Position numbers and translations under genes: made by a program. Of a stretch of DNA of 64,000 nucleotides, positions 8,445 to 18,966 are shown in pieces. The notes beneath the pieces are model-generated. The model did not search any database. It saw only the letters and a list, made by a program, of their open reading frames with translations, and was not told the origin of the DNA. The first letter of the stretch is position 1. Every line of letters begins with the position of its first letter. The stretch is from Ignavibacteria bacterium. GTDB taxonomy: Bacteria > Bacteroidota > Ignavibacteria > Kapaibacteriales > UBA2268. The stretch covers positions 1,142-65,141 of the forward strand of contig JAOADV010000013.1 in assembly GCA_026417135.1 (NCBI GenBank), in the 5' to 3' direction.

Positions 8445-9692
8445 ATGTTTTGGACGAAAATTCTAAGTTTTTTTGGTTTGCTTTTTGTTTTTCTTCTTGT
8501 CTGGTTGATTTCGGAGAACAAGAGAAAATTCCCAGTTCGAGTTGTTTTTTGGGGCTTGATATTGCAATTCGGTTTTGCTTTATTGGTTCTTTATGTACCT
8601 TTTGGTGTTGAATCGTTCCGATGGTTAGGCGACCGAGTAGCCGAATTTCTCGATTTTAGCAAAAAAGGAGCTGAATTTGTTTTTGGTAACCTTGGAAAAA
8701 TCGAACACCAAAACCTATTCGGCTATCAATTTGCAGTTATTATCTCGGCAACTATTATATTCTTTTCCAGTGTTGTTGCTGTCCTTTATAGATATGGAAT
8801 TATCCAAAGAATTGTTTACGCAATGGCTTGGGTTATGAGTAAAACTATGGGAACAAGTGGGGTCGAATCTCTTTCTGCTGCGAGTAACGTATTTCTTGGC
8901 CAGACCGAAGCCCCACTTTTAGTTCGACATTATTTGCCAAATGCAACGCGTTCGGAACTATTTTCTATTATGTGTGGTGGTTTTGCTACAATCGCTGGTG
9001 GGGTTATGGCAGCGTATATTCAAATGGGTATTTCACCAGTTATTCTTATCACGGCAAGCTTAATTTCTGCCCCGGGAAGTCTTATGCTTTCGAAAATTGT
9101 AATAGAACCGAAAAGCTCGGTGAAAAGTATAAAAGAAGTCAAACACATAACTATCCCAGAAACAAAGAACATACTTGATGCAATTACTCAAGGGGCAAGT
9201 GATGGTATGCGACTTGCCATAAACGTAGTTGCAATGCTTATTGCATTTGTTTCTCTTATTGCTTTAATCGATGCTGGATTGAATCTAGTTCACACTTGGC
9301 TTGCCGAAGTGGGTATATATTTCCCCAAAAGCCTTAAAGAAATTTTTGGATACGTTTTTCTTCCATTTGCTTTTTTGGTCGGAATACCGGCTGAGGAAGC
9401 AAAAATTTTTGCAAGCTTGCTTGGCACCAAAATTAGTATAAATGAATTCATTGCCTACGCAAACTTAGCCGAAATGATTAAAAATGGAGCATTATCGCAA
9501 AGGACAATAACGCTTGCTACTTTTGCATTGTGTGGTTTTGCTAACTTTGGCTCGATAGCAATACAAATTGGAGGGATTGGAGCATTAGTCCCAGAACGCC
9601 GCCACGAAGTTGCTCTGCTTGGTTTCAAAGCAATGATTGTCGGTGCTCTTGCTAACCTCTTGACTGCGACGATTGCAGGTTTGATTTTATAA
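8445..9692 (+). CDS. nupC: Concentrative nucleoside transporter (CNT/NupC family)
   Basis: FLGQTEAPLLV, GGFATIAGGV, NEFIAY, LCGFANFGSIAIQIGG. Confidence 0.92.
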   Translation: MFWTKILSFFGLLFVFLLVWLISENKRKFPVRVVFWGLILQFGFALLVLYVPFGVESFRWLGDRVAEFLDFSKKGAEFVFGNLGKIEHQNLFGYQFAVIISATIIFFSSVVAVLYRYGIIQRIVYAMAWVMSKTMGTSGVESLSAASNVFLGQTEAPLLVRHYLPNATRSELFSIMCGGFATIAGGVMAAYIQMGISPVILITASLISAPGSLMLSKIVIEPKSSVKSIKEVKHITIPETKNILDAITQGASDGMRLAINVVAMLIAFVSLIALIDAGLNLVHTWLAEVGIYFPKSLKEIFGYVFLPFAFLVGIPAEEAKIFASLLGTKISINEFIAYANLAEMIKNGALSQRTITLATFALCGFANFGSIAIQIGGIGALVPERRHEVALLGFKAMIVGALANLLTATIAGLIL

Positions 9693-9755
9693 ATACAATT
9701 ATTCAGCTTTTAATTTGTCTTTATTTAGAATTAATGAAATTTTAAAAAAATTAAA

Positions 9756-11678
9756 GTGGAAATAGAAAAAGGAAAATACAAATTGTTATTCCAAGTGGAC
9801 TCGCCCGAAGAGTTGCGAAAGCTACCTCAAAAGTTATTGCCCCAATTGTGTACTGAACTTAGGAATTATATCATTGATGTAATTACAAAGGTCGGCGGGC
9901 ATTTCGGACCTAATCTTGGGGCTGTCGAACTTACAGTTGCTTTGCATTATGTTTTCGATACCCCCAAAGATAAAATCGTTTTCGACACTGGACACCAAGG
10001 ATATCCCCACAAGGTTCTCACTGGGCGTCGGGACTTACTCCCAACTATTAGAAAGAAAGGTGGAATAAGTGGTTTTCTTAAACCAAGCGAAAGCGAATAC
10101 GATGTTTACGGAGCTGGGCACGCAAGCACAAGTATCTCTGCTGCATTAGGGTTTGCAACTGCTCGGGACCTTTTGAAAGAGGATTATAAAGTTGTTGCTG
10201 TTATTGGCGATGGTGCTTTAACTGGTGGGCTTGCTTTCGAAGGTATGAACAATTGTGGTTTCCAAAAACGTGATATTATTGTAGTTTTCAACGATAATGG
10301 AATTTCCATCGACCCGAACGTTTCTGCAATTTCGACTTACTTCAACGAAATCTTTTCATCGCGGACAATAAATACTGTTCGAGAAACTATTTGGAAAGCA
10401 ACAGACAAGTTCCCCCATTTTGGCGACCGATTGAAGGAATTTCTTAGTCGACTCGAAGGTGGGCTTAAATCTATTATGACCCCAGGAATGTTGTTCGAAG
10501 CCTTAGGGTTCAACTATTTTGGTCCAATCAATGGACATAATGTCCATAAATTAGTTAAAATGCTTAGACAAATAAAAGAGTTAAAAGGACCAATCCTTCT
10601 TCATATAATGACAGAAAAGGGGAAAGGATATCCTCCCGCAGCCAATGATTACACTAAACTCCACGCAATCAGTAAAACAATTGAAAAAGAAACAAAGGTT
10701 ATCGAAAAAATAGATATTCAACCACAAATTCCCTCCTATTCCGACGTTTTTGGCGACGCAGTAATAGAATTGATGGAAAAAGATGAGAAAATTGTTGCGA
10801 TTAGTGCAGCAATGTTAACTGGAACTGGTTTACTTAAAGCAAGTCAGCTATTCCCAACAAGAGTTTTCGACGTTGGTATTGCCGAAGGGCACGCTGTAAC
10901 TTATGCGTGTGGACTTGCTGCGAAAGGAATTTTGCCCATTTGTGCAATCTACTCAACTTTTCTACAAAGAGCATTCGACCATATAATTCACGATTGTGCT
11001 CTACAAAATCTACACGTCGTTTTTGCTCTTGACCGTGCTGGATTGGTAGGCGAAGATGGTCCAACTCACCATGGAACTTTCGATTTAGCATACCTTCGAT
11101 TAATCCCGAATATGATTGTATCAGCTCCAAAAAACGAACAAGAACTCCGCAATCTACTTTATTCTTCTCTTTATTACTACCCCGGACCTGTTGCTATCAG
11201 ATATCCCAGAGGTAAAGCATTTGGCATACCCGAGAACAAATTTGAATATATACCTCTTGGGTCGTGGGAAGAGATTCTGACTGGTAAAGATTTGGCGCTC
11301 CTTGCTGTTGGGAAAATGGTTTCTCGTGCTTTGCAAGCTTGCGAAATACTTGAACAATATGGTCTTGAACCAACCGTTATAAATTCAAGGTTCGTCAAAC
11401 CACTCGATGAGCCTCTTCTAACCAAAATTTTATCCAACCACAACTATTTGGTTACTATCGAAGAAGGCACCCTTCTTGGTGGCTTCGGCTCTGCGGTTAG
11501 CGAATTTTTAACTCGGCAAAGACACAAAGCAAAACTACTTATGTTGGGAATTCCCGATAAATTCATCGGGCACGGAACACAAGACGAATTGCTTACAGAG
11601 CTCGGTCTCGACCCAAAAGGAATCGCCAACTCCGTTTTATCATTTGTAGCAGAAAAAGTAAATATCCCAGCAAAATAA
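9756..11678 (+). CDS. dxs: 1-deoxy-D-xylulose-5-phosphate synthase
   Basis: GGHFGPNLG, GHQGYPHK, GDGALTGG..EG.NN (TPP), DRAGLVGEDGPTH. Confidence 0.98.
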   Translation: MEIEKGKYKLLFQVDSPEELRKLPQKLLPQLCTELRNYIIDVITKVGGHFGPNLGAVELTVALHYVFDTPKDKIVFDTGHQGYPHKVLTGRRDLLPTIRKKGGISGFLKPSESEYDVYGAGHASTSISAALGFATARDLLKEDYKVVAVIGDGALTGGLAFEGMNNCGFQKRDIIVVFNDNGISIDPNVSAISTYFNEIFSSRTINTVRETIWKATDKFPHFGDRLKEFLSRLEGGLKSIMTPGMLFEALGFNYFGPINGHNVHKLVKMLRQIKELKGPILLHIMTEKGKGYPPAANDYTKLHAISKTIEKETKVIEKIDIQPQIPSYSDVFGDAVIELMEKDEKIVAISAAMLTGTGLLKASQLFPTRVFDVGIAEGHAVTYACGLAAKGILPICAIYSTFLQRAFDHIIHDCALQNLHVVFALDRAGLVGEDGPTHHGTFDLAYLRLIPNMIVSAPKNEQELRNLLYSSLYYYPGPVAIRYPRGKAFGIPENKFEYIPLGSWEEILTGKDLALLAVGKMVSRALQACEILEQYGLEPTVINSRFVKPLDEPLLTKILSNHNYLVTIEEGTLLGGFGSAVSEFLTRQRHKAKLLMLGIPDKFIGHGTQDELLTELGLDPKGIANSVLSFVAEKVNIPAK

Positions 11679-11730
11679 AAAACTCAATAACAATAATTAC
11701 ATTAACTCCCACACTATCTTTTGCAATTTA

Positions 11731-11760
11731 AGTTGCACAGGCTGGAAGCCTGTGCTCCCA
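11731..11760 (-). repeat. REP-like hairpin, second copy of the 1742-1771 unit
   Basis: GCACAGGC-TGGAA-GCCTGTGC perfect stem. The reverse complement (ggagcacaggcttccagcctgtgcaact) nearly matches gtagcacgggctccccagcctgtgcaact. Confidence 0.7.
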
Positions 11761-12100
11761 GGTAACGATATTATACTTGATTTTGCTGACGAAAGCTGCT
11801 TTTTGAGGATGAAAGGGAACACTCAGAGTTTGTTTCTGTGATAGGGAAAGTGTTGTTGGATATTTAGAAAAATCAAGTAATGAGGAAATGATAACGTTTT
11901 TTACAATAGTTTGAATACTTCATAAAGTTAGATACTTTAAAATAAAGAAGATTCAAAAAATTGGTAATATGCTTAACCAAATTCTTAAATATGAACTTTG
12001 AGGTAATGCAATGCTTTGGAAAACACTTTATTTGCGAAATAATTTTCAGCATTAAAAACCGAAGGTTTCATTTCATAAAAACAGATTTGGCTTGAATTTT

Positions 12101-12739
12101 CTAAATTCTCCTTTCGGAAAGTGTCTTTTCTGTCGGGAGTGTTCCAAATACATAATCCCAAAGCGGAGTACTAACCCCGAAACGTAAGTTTTCATCTTGG
12201 TAGTGGTGTTTCATATGATGTGCTTTTAGTTTCATCAAATATTTATTTTTGATTTGAAAGTGGTGGACAGCATAGTGTGTCATATCGTAAATTAGATAAC
12301 CTAAAACAAAACCAGCATAGAAGGGAAGCTCCAAACGCCCGGGAAAAATCCAGTAGAAAATGAGGAAAAAAATTATGGCTAAAGGTATGCTTACCGATGG
12401 AGTCATCACAAGGCGAAGTGGGTCTTTTGGGTAGCTGTGGTGAACACCGTGAAAAATGAAATGTAGCTTTTCCCCAAGTGGTGTTTTGGGTTGATAATGA
12501 AATACGAAACGATGGAGGATATATTCGACAAATGTCCAAGAAAAAATTCCGAGAATAAATAAAGGAACGACCGTTTCGATGTTCAGTTGGTAAATGTAGA
12601 TGGAATAATATAAAGTTACAAGAACAACGGGGATGTAGATAATTAATGGAACATACCAAGGAATTTTTGAAAATAACTCTAAAATTTCATTTTTGAACAA
12701 TCTTGGAGTAATAGGGGAATTGGTAATTTTTCGCTCCAT
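12101..12739 (-). CDS. Fatty acid hydroxylase (FA2H/Scs7-like, sterol desaturase superfamily)
   Basis: His boxes EYILHRFVFH, HFIFHGVHH, YDMTHYAVHH, HHMKHH; FGVSTPLWDYVFGT. Confidence 0.9.
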   Translation of the reverse strand: MERKITNSPITPRLFKNEILELFSKIPWYVPLIIYIPVVLVTLYYSIYIYQLNIETVVPLFILGIFSWTFVEYILHRFVFHYQPKTPLGEKLHFIFHGVHHSYPKDPLRLVMTPSVSIPLAIIFFLIFYWIFPGRLELPFYAGFVLGYLIYDMTHYAVHHFQIKNKYLMKLKAHHMKHHYQDENLRFGVSTPLWDYVFGTLPTEKTLSERRI

Positions 12740-12829
12740 ATAACCTCCTTTTTTTGAATTTTTAAAAACGATAATAATTTTTGCAAATTGTTAAGAAAAA
12801 ATTTAGCTTATCTAAAGTTTTATTTAGAT

Positions 12830-13408
12830 TTAAAACCTAACATTTCTTAATGAAATAGCAAGTTTTAAAATTTCGAGGTATTTTCGTCGAGGTATTTCAA
12901 TAGCTCCCAACAAACGAGTGTGTTCATTAATAAATTGACTATCCAAGAGAATAAACCCACGCGACTTTAAATGTTCGACAAGATGGTAGAAAGCAACTTT
13001 CGATGCATTACTTACAAAGGAGAACATAGATTCCCCGAAAAACGCAGCTCCAATACTAACACCGTACAAGCCACCGACCAAATCGCCATCGAGAAAAGTT
13101 TCGACCGAATGAGCAAAACCTAAGTGAAAAAGGTTAATATATGAATCGATTAATATATCGTTTATCCAAGAATCGATTCTATTTGCACAATTTCGTATAA
13201 CATCTTCGAAACAAGTGTCGAATCTAACTTCGAAGATTTTCTTTTTTAAAATTTGTTTTGTAGAATGAGAAGGTTTTAAATCGTACAAAGGAAATATAGC
13301 GCGAGGGTCGGGGGAATACCACTCTATTTTACCAGTCAAGGAATTTGCCATTGGGAAAAACGAGTTCGAGTAAGCAAAAATCAAGACTTCTGGCGAAAGT
13401 AATTTCAT
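12830..13408 (-). CDS. aat: Leucyl/phenylalanyl-tRNA--protein transferase
   Basis: FPMA...WYSPDPRA, AHSVE, LVGGLYGV..GAAFFGESMFS, ASKVA. Confidence 0.96.
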   Translation of the reverse strand: MKLLSPEVLIFAYSNSFFPMANSLTGKIEWYSPDPRAIFPLYDLKPSHSTKQILKKKIFEVRFDTCFEDVIRNCANRIDSWINDILIDSYINLFHLGFAHSVETFLDGDLVGGLYGVSIGAAFFGESMFSFVSNASKVAFYHLVEHLKSRGFILLDSQFINEHTRLLGAIEIPRRKYLEILKLAISLRNVRF

Positions 13409-13418
13409 CGTTACTATT

Positions 13419-14672
13419 CTACTGGTTTCGATTTATATTCCAAAGCAAGGAACTGTCGCCGTAACTGAGGAATCTATATCCTTTTTCGAGAGCTTCGTTG
13501 TATATCGAACGCCAATAATCGCCGACGAATGTGTATATCAAGAGCAAAAGAGTGCTTCGAGGTTGATGAAAATTTGTAATTATTGCGTCGAAAAAGTTGA
13601 TTTTGTAGTTAGGGGTTATATAAAGATTTGTTGTGCCGTAAATCGAGTTTAAATTTTTCTTTTCCATAAGTTCAAGTAAGTATTCTATGGATTCGGCTGG
13701 TTTTATCTGCCTTTTGAACTCCATCCATTCGTATTGTCCAAGATTTAAAGGTAAATTTAAATTTTTAATATCATCCTCGATTAACCTTTGGGAAATCCAA
13801 TGCAAGGATTCCAAAGTGCGAACACTTGTTGTTCCAACAGCAACGAGAAATTCATCCTTTGTTTTCTTTTTTAAAAAATTTAAAATTTTTAAAATATTTT
13901 CCTTTGTAACTTGGAATTGTTCGTAATGCATCTTATGTTCGAAAATGTCTTCTGTGGAAATAGGTTTAAAAGTTCCAGTGCCAATATGCAAAACAACATC
14001 GGCAAAGCCGATACCTTTTCGTTGCAAGTCGTCGATTATTTGAGCAGTGAAATGTAACCCAGCGGTTGGCGCTGCAACTGAACCAGGCGTGCTTGCGTAA
14101 ATTGTTTGGTAGCGAGTTTTATCCAAAGCTAAATCGGCTCGTTTAATGTAAGGGGGTAAAGGTGTTCTCCCAAGGTTTTCGAGAACTTCGTAGAACATTC
14201 GCTCGGGCGGCGACCAGCTAATTTCTACAACAGAATGGTCTTTGTTGCGGGCGACAATGTTAGCTTCTACATTAATATTCAATGATTCTTCGAAGGAAGA
14301 GTAAAGAACTGAGCCTACTCGAAGTCTGCCTCCTTTTAGCAAGGCTTTCCACGTCGAAGGACTTCCAGATTGGAGTACAATTTGCGGGTCGGTCGAAGGG
14401 CTGATTGGTTCAAGTAAAAAAATTTGTGCTTGGGCACCTGTAGCTTTCTGAAAATATAATCTTGCTTGAAGGACTTTGGATATATTTCGAACCAACAAAG
14501 AGCCCGATGGAAGAAATTCGGGCAAATCAAGAAACAAGCGATGAAATATTTTTCGGTCCTGCGAAAAAACAAGCAACTTACTTCTGTCCCTTTCGTTAGC
14601 TGGGAACTGAGCAATCTGATGTTTTTCGAGTGGATAGTCAAAATAATCTATGTTGAACTCTATGGTGCTCAT
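13419..14672 (-). CDS. queA: S-adenosylmethionine:tRNA ribosyltransferase-isomerase
   Basis: PLPPYIKR, YQTIYA..PGSVAAPTAGLHF, VGTTSVRTLES, TNFHQPRSTL, YRFLSYGD. Confidence 0.97.
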   Translation of the reverse strand: MSTIEFNIDYFDYPLEKHQIAQFPANERDRSKLLVFSQDRKIFHRLFLDLPEFLPSGSLLVRNISKVLQARLYFQKATGAQAQIFLLEPISPSTDPQIVLQSGSPSTWKALLKGGRLRVGSVLYSSFEESLNINVEANIVARNKDHSVVEISWSPPERMFYEVLENLGRTPLPPYIKRADLALDKTRYQTIYASTPGSVAAPTAGLHFTAQIIDDLQRKGIGFADVVLHIGTGTFKPISTEDIFEHKMHYEQFQVTKENILKILNFLKKKTKDEFLVAVGTTSVRTLESLHWISQRLIEDDIKNLNLPLNLGQYEWMEFKRQIKPAESIEYLLELMEKKNLNSIYGTTNLYITPNYKINFFDAIITNFHQPRSTLLLLIYTFVGDYWRSIYNEALEKGYRFLSYGDSSLLWNINRNQ

Positions 14673-14760
14673 TTTCTTGCTCTTAAATATTTAAAAACGA
14701 AATAGAATGAAAAAAATGCTTTATTTTTGTAAATTTTAACTTATTGATTTTTTGAATTTT

Positions 14761-15513
14761 ATGAAAAATTGTTCAATCTCTTTGGTGATACCAGTCTTTA
14801 ACGAAGAGAATCGAATTGGTAAGACGCTTAATATAGTTTCGGATTTTTTTCGAAAAGAAAACTTTAATTACGAAATAATCATTGTTGATGACGGTTCTAC
14901 TGATGGAACATTAACCGAATTGGAAAAATTTAAAGATGAGGTTAAAATTTTAAGTTATAAACCAAACAAAGGTAAAGGAGCAGCAGTTCGAACTGGTATG
15001 CTATATGCAAAAGGGGATTTTAGATTTTTTTCCGATGCAGACTTGTCGACTCCGATATACGAAATTCATAAATTGTTGGATAAATTGTTAGCTGGTGCTG
15101 ATATTTGCATAGGTAGCAGAGCTATCGAACCGAATTTGATACGGAAACACCAGCCGTTTTATCGCGAGTTGATGGGCAAAACCTTTAATAAATTTGTCCA
15201 ACTTTTAGTTTTTAAAGGAATCGAAGATACTCAATGTGGATTTAAAGGCTTTACAGCTAATGCATCTGACCTAATTTTTTCGAGGGCATTAATAGATGGC
15301 TTTAGTTTCGATGTCGAAATTCTTCATATTGGCCGAAAATTAGGGCTAAAGATTGAGCAAGTCCCAGTTGAATGGTACAACGACCAAAGGTCGAAAGTTC
15401 ATCCAATACGGGATTCTTTTAATATGCTGGTAGAACTTTTTAAAATTAGGAAGCTACATTCGAACGACACTCTAATAATTCGAAAAAAAGAAATTGAAAA
15501 CAATAACCTTTAA
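14761..15513 (+). CDS. GT2 glycosyltransferase, dolichyl-phosphate beta-glucosyltransferase-like
   Basis: VIPVFNEE, VDDGSTD, NKGKGAAVRTG, DADLSTP, DTQCGFK, FDVEIL. Confidence 0.9.
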   Translation: MKNCSISLVIPVFNEENRIGKTLNIVSDFFRKENFNYEIIIVDDGSTDGTLTELEKFKDEVKILSYKPNKGKGAAVRTGMLYAKGDFRFFSDADLSTPIYEIHKLLDKLLAGADICIGSRAIEPNLIRKHQPFYRELMGKTFNKFVQLLVFKGIEDTQCGFKGFTANASDLIFSRALIDGFSFDVEILHIGRKLGLKIEQVPVEWYNDQRSKVHPIRDSFNMLVELFKIRKLHSNDTLIIRKKEIENNNL

Positions 15514-16708
15514 ATTATATTTTGGGGAAGCTTGGTCGCGGAATTTGCTTTATCTGGGTATATCCCAATTTATTGCAATGATTGGGATGAATGCAGTAAT
15601 TCCTTTTTTACCTTTATACATACGAGAACTTGGAGTTAGTGGTGAATCTGCGGAAAGATTTTGGAGTGGGATGGTTTTTGCCGGAACTTATTTCCTCGCT
15701 ATTATCTTTGTTCCAATATGGGGGACTCTTGCCGACCGATTCGGAAAAAAACTAATGCTTATGCGAGCTATTTTTGGATTAGCATTGGCTATGTTTCTTA
15801 TGGGTTTTGCACAAAACGTTTGGCATCTATTTTTCCTTCGGATTTTTCAAGGTATGTCGAGCGGTTTTGTTGCAGCAAGTCTTGGGTTTATCGTTGCAAA
15901 TACACCTTCGGACCACAAAGGTTACGCAGTTGGTTTTCTACAAAGTTCCCAATCGGCTGGGATGATTCTTGGTCCATTGATTGGAGGTTTCATTTCAGAT
16001 TTAATTGGTTTTCGTTTTGTTTTCTACCTTGTGGCTGTATTGTGCTTGATTAGTGCGACACTAATTTATTTCAATGTTGTAGAAATTAATAAAACCAAGG
16101 GCGACCCCGAATCCAACCTTTTGACTACATTTACCTCAATCTTTACAGAGAAGAAATATATTTCCCCACTGACTATGATTTTTTTAGCACAAGTAGGTAT
16201 CTATTTATCATTTCCAATATTACCATATTACATAGAAAATCTATTTGCACCAAAAGAGTATATTAGTACTTTGACTGGGCTTGCAGTGGGGTTGGTCGGC
16301 TTCTTAAATGTTCTTTTTGCTCCTCTTTGGGGTAAATGGCTCGACAAAACCAACGCAAACTATTTGTTGAAAAAGGCAAGTATAGTTTTGGGGTGTGCGA
16401 CTTTGCTTCATTCAGTTGTTCCTTCGCACTGGTTTATCTATCCGCTTCGAGCAATTATGGGAATGTCGCTTGCTGGGATTATCCCAGTACTATATTCTTA
16501 CTTAGGTAAGCAGACCCCTTCCGAAAAAATAGGAAGCATTATGGGTTTGGCTTCGGCTTCGACTTTGATGGGCTCTTTATTTGCTTATTTAAGCAACGCT
16601 ATCCTTGCCCCAATTATGGACTTACATTGGCTATTTATAATATCTTCCGGGTTTCTATTTTCAGTTTACTTTTTGTCTAAACAAATCGAGAAAAATTCTT
16701 TTCGATAA
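15494..16708 (+). CDS. MFS transporter (DHA1/MdtG-like)
   Basis: Motif A PIWGTLADRFGKK, about 12 hydrophobic helices, GPLIGG. Start uncertain (TTG). Confidence 0.88.
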   Translation: MKTITFKLYFGEAWSRNLLYLGISQFIAMIGMNAVIPFLPLYIRELGVSGESAERFWSGMVFAGTYFLAIIFVPIWGTLADRFGKKLMLMRAIFGLALAMFLMGFAQNVWHLFFLRIFQGMSSGFVAASLGFIVANTPSDHKGYAVGFLQSSQSAGMILGPLIGGFISDLIGFRFVFYLVAVLCLISATLIYFNVVEINKTKGDPESNLLTTFTSIFTEKKYISPLTMIFLAQVGIYLSFPILPYYIENLFAPKEYISTLTGLAVGLVGFLNVLFAPLWGKWLDKTNANYLLKKASIVLGCATLLHSVVPSHWFIYPLRAIMGMSLAGIIPVLYSYLGKQTPSEKIGSIMGLASASTLMGSLFAYLSNAILAPIMDLHWLFIISSGFLFSVYFLSKQIEKNSFR

Positions 16709-17714
16709 ATTTAGAAGTATATTCAACAAGCGATATAACTTTTGAATAATGCATCCTTTTTGGACCGAGCAAGCCAATATATCCAACTGCATTATTTAAC
16801 CAGTAAGGAGACGCAACAATTGAGTAGTCGTAAAACAATTCACTTTCGGTTTCTTTCCCAATAAGTATCTTCGTTGTCTGCATTCCATCGTCGAATTTCT
16901 TTAAAACTTGCGTTATTTTCCCAGTTTCTTCCAACAAAAGTATTACTTTTTTCACGTTTTCTGGATTGCTAAATTCTGGATGACGAAGCAAGTTCTTAGT
17001 TCCAGCGATAAATGTTTTTTCTTGTTCGACAATATTCGAATAAAATTTATCGAAGACTGTAACTACGAGCTGAAGCAAAGGCGAATCTTTTTCTTCGTGT
17101 TCCGCAACAAGATTTCTAAAGTTTTCATAAATATACCGTAATGGCTTGCCCGAAATTCGACTGTTAATGTATTCAATAACTGATTGAATTTGCTGTTCCT
17201 TTATTTCGAAATCTGTTTCAATCGTTAAAGTTTGGATGATATTGGAATTAAAGACTAAGACAAAAAATAAACGATTTGCGTAAAGTTGGAATATTTGGAA
17301 CTTTTCGACTATTATATTTTGAATTTCGGGTATTACAACAATGCTCAAGTATTTCGAAATTAATCCTAAAACACGCGAAGCTATTTTTAACACATCCTCG
17401 ATTGTAGTTGGTTCGCAACGGCGAAATTCTTCTTCGAGTTTTTTTACCTCTCGTTCGCTAAGTTGACGATGTGGAATTAAATTGTCGATATAAATTCTAT
17501 ATCCTTTGTCTGTTGGAATTCTTCCCGAAGAAATGTGTGTTTGAGCAAGGAGGTCCATTCCTTCGAGCTCGCTCATTATGTTTCTAATAGTGGCAGAACT
17601 CAAATTTAGACTTTTGCTGAGATATTTCGAGACCAATCGTGAACCGACCGGTGTAGCAGTATTAATATAAAGTTGCACAACGGCCCGAAGAACAATTTTC
17701 TCCCGGTCTTTCAT
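16677..17714 (-). CDS. hrcA: Heat-inducible transcription repressor HrcA
   Basis: PVGSR, SSATIRNIMSELE, HISSGRIPTDKGYR, LGPKRMHY. Confidence 0.96.
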   Translation of the reverse strand: MKDREKIVLRAVVQLYINTATPVGSRLVSKYLSKSLNLSSATIRNIMSELEGMDLLAQTHISSGRIPTDKGYRIYIDNLIPHRQLSEREVKKLEEEFRRCEPTTIEDVLKIASRVLGLISKYLSIVVIPEIQNIIVEKFQIFQLYANRLFFVLVFNSNIIQTLTIETDFEIKEQQIQSVIEYINSRISGKPLRYIYENFRNLVAEHEEKDSPLLQLVVTVFDKFYSNIVEQEKTFIAGTKNLLRHPEFSNPENVKKVILLLEETGKITQVLKKFDDGMQTTKILIGKETESELFYDYSIVASPYWLNNAVGYIGLLGPKRMHYSKVISLVEYTSKFIEKNFSRFV

Positions 17715-17830
17715 TGCCAGCCCTCGATTCGTTTTTTGTAAAATATATTTATTTGGTATCATAACCAAAAAGATATATTTTAAATCCTTAAAAATAGACA
17801 AATTTTGTTTTTTTTTATTTTCTTTTAACT

Positions 17831-18955
17831 ATGAAACGAGTCGGAATAATTATGGCTGGCGGAACAGGCGAAAGGTTTTGGCCAGTAAGCAGAACAAATA
17901 AACCAAAGCAACTCTTGCCCTTAAATACCGATATTCCCTTGTTATTAGAGACATTAAACAGAATTTCTCCAGTAATTTCATCTGACGACACATTCATACT
18001 TACTAATGTTTCGATGATTCAGCCAATTATTGAACTTCTTCCAAATTTTCCGCTCGAAAATATTATCGTCGAGCCATACAAGAAAAACACTGCCCCAGCT
18101 ATTGTCCTTGGAATTTCATACATTCTTGCAAGATACGAAAAAGAGTTTTCTACGAGCGACATTTCAGTCGGTATTTTTACTTCGGACCAAATGATTTATC
18201 CACAACAAGCCTTCATCGAAACGATTGAGCAAGCGTTGGAATATGTCGAAAAGTTTCCATTTCTTGCTACAATTGGAATAATTCCTACGCGTCCAGAAAC
18301 TGGCTATGGATATATTGAACTCGAAAAACCCTTCGAAACAAATATTTGGGAAATTGCTAAAGTTGTGAGATTTCGTGAAAAACCAGACTACGAAACTGCA
18401 AAAGTTTTCCTCGAAACTGGACGCTTCCTTTGGAATAGCGGAATGTTTTTCTGGCGAGCAGACACCTTTTTAGACGAAGCAAAGGTTCATTTGCCAGATA
18501 TTGCTAATAAAATTGATGAACTAAAAGACATATTCCAAAAAGATTTCGAAAGAGTGCCTTTCGAGCTTATCCCTAAAATAACACCAATTTTTTCTGGATT
18601 TTCTGAAATATCGATTGACTATGCCCTAATGGAAAAATCAAATCGAATAGTTGTTGTCCCAGCCAAATTTAGTTGGGATGATATCGGGGCTTGGGATTCA
18701 TTGGACCGTACCAAGGCTCACGATGAATTTGGAAATGTTTCCTTAGGAAACAATTTATTAATCGACACTCGAAACACTATTGTTTTCAATGCTTCTTCGA
18801 ACAATAAAATTAAAGTTGCATTGATTGGGCTCGATAATTTCGTTGTTGTTGCAACGGACGATGCTTTTTTGGTCTGCCCCAAAACAGAGGTACAAAAAGT
18901 TAAAAAATGCGTCGAAAAACTAAAAACTGAACCAGATGGAAACTTGTGGATTTGA
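17831..18955 (+). CDS. manC: Mannose-1-phosphate guanylyltransferase
   Basis: IMAGGTGERFWPVSR..KPKQ, KNTAPAI, PETGYGYI, FREKPD, WNSGMF, SIDYALMEK. Confidence 0.93.
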   Translation: MKRVGIIMAGGTGERFWPVSRTNKPKQLLPLNTDIPLLLETLNRISPVISSDDTFILTNVSMIQPIIELLPNFPLENIIVEPYKKNTAPAIVLGISYILARYEKEFSTSDISVGIFTSDQMIYPQQAFIETIEQALEYVEKFPFLATIGIIPTRPETGYGYIELEKPFETNIWEIAKVVRFREKPDYETAKVFLETGRFLWNSGMFFWRADTFLDEAKVHLPDIANKIDELKDIFQKDFERVPFELIPKITPIFSGFSEISIDYALMEKSNRIVVVPAKFSWDDIGAWDSLDRTKAHDEFGNVSLGNNLLIDTRNTIVFNASSNNKIKVALIGLDNFVVVATDDAFLVCPKTEVQKVKKCVEKLKTEPDGNLWI

Positions 18956-18966
18956 AAGGTTTGGAT

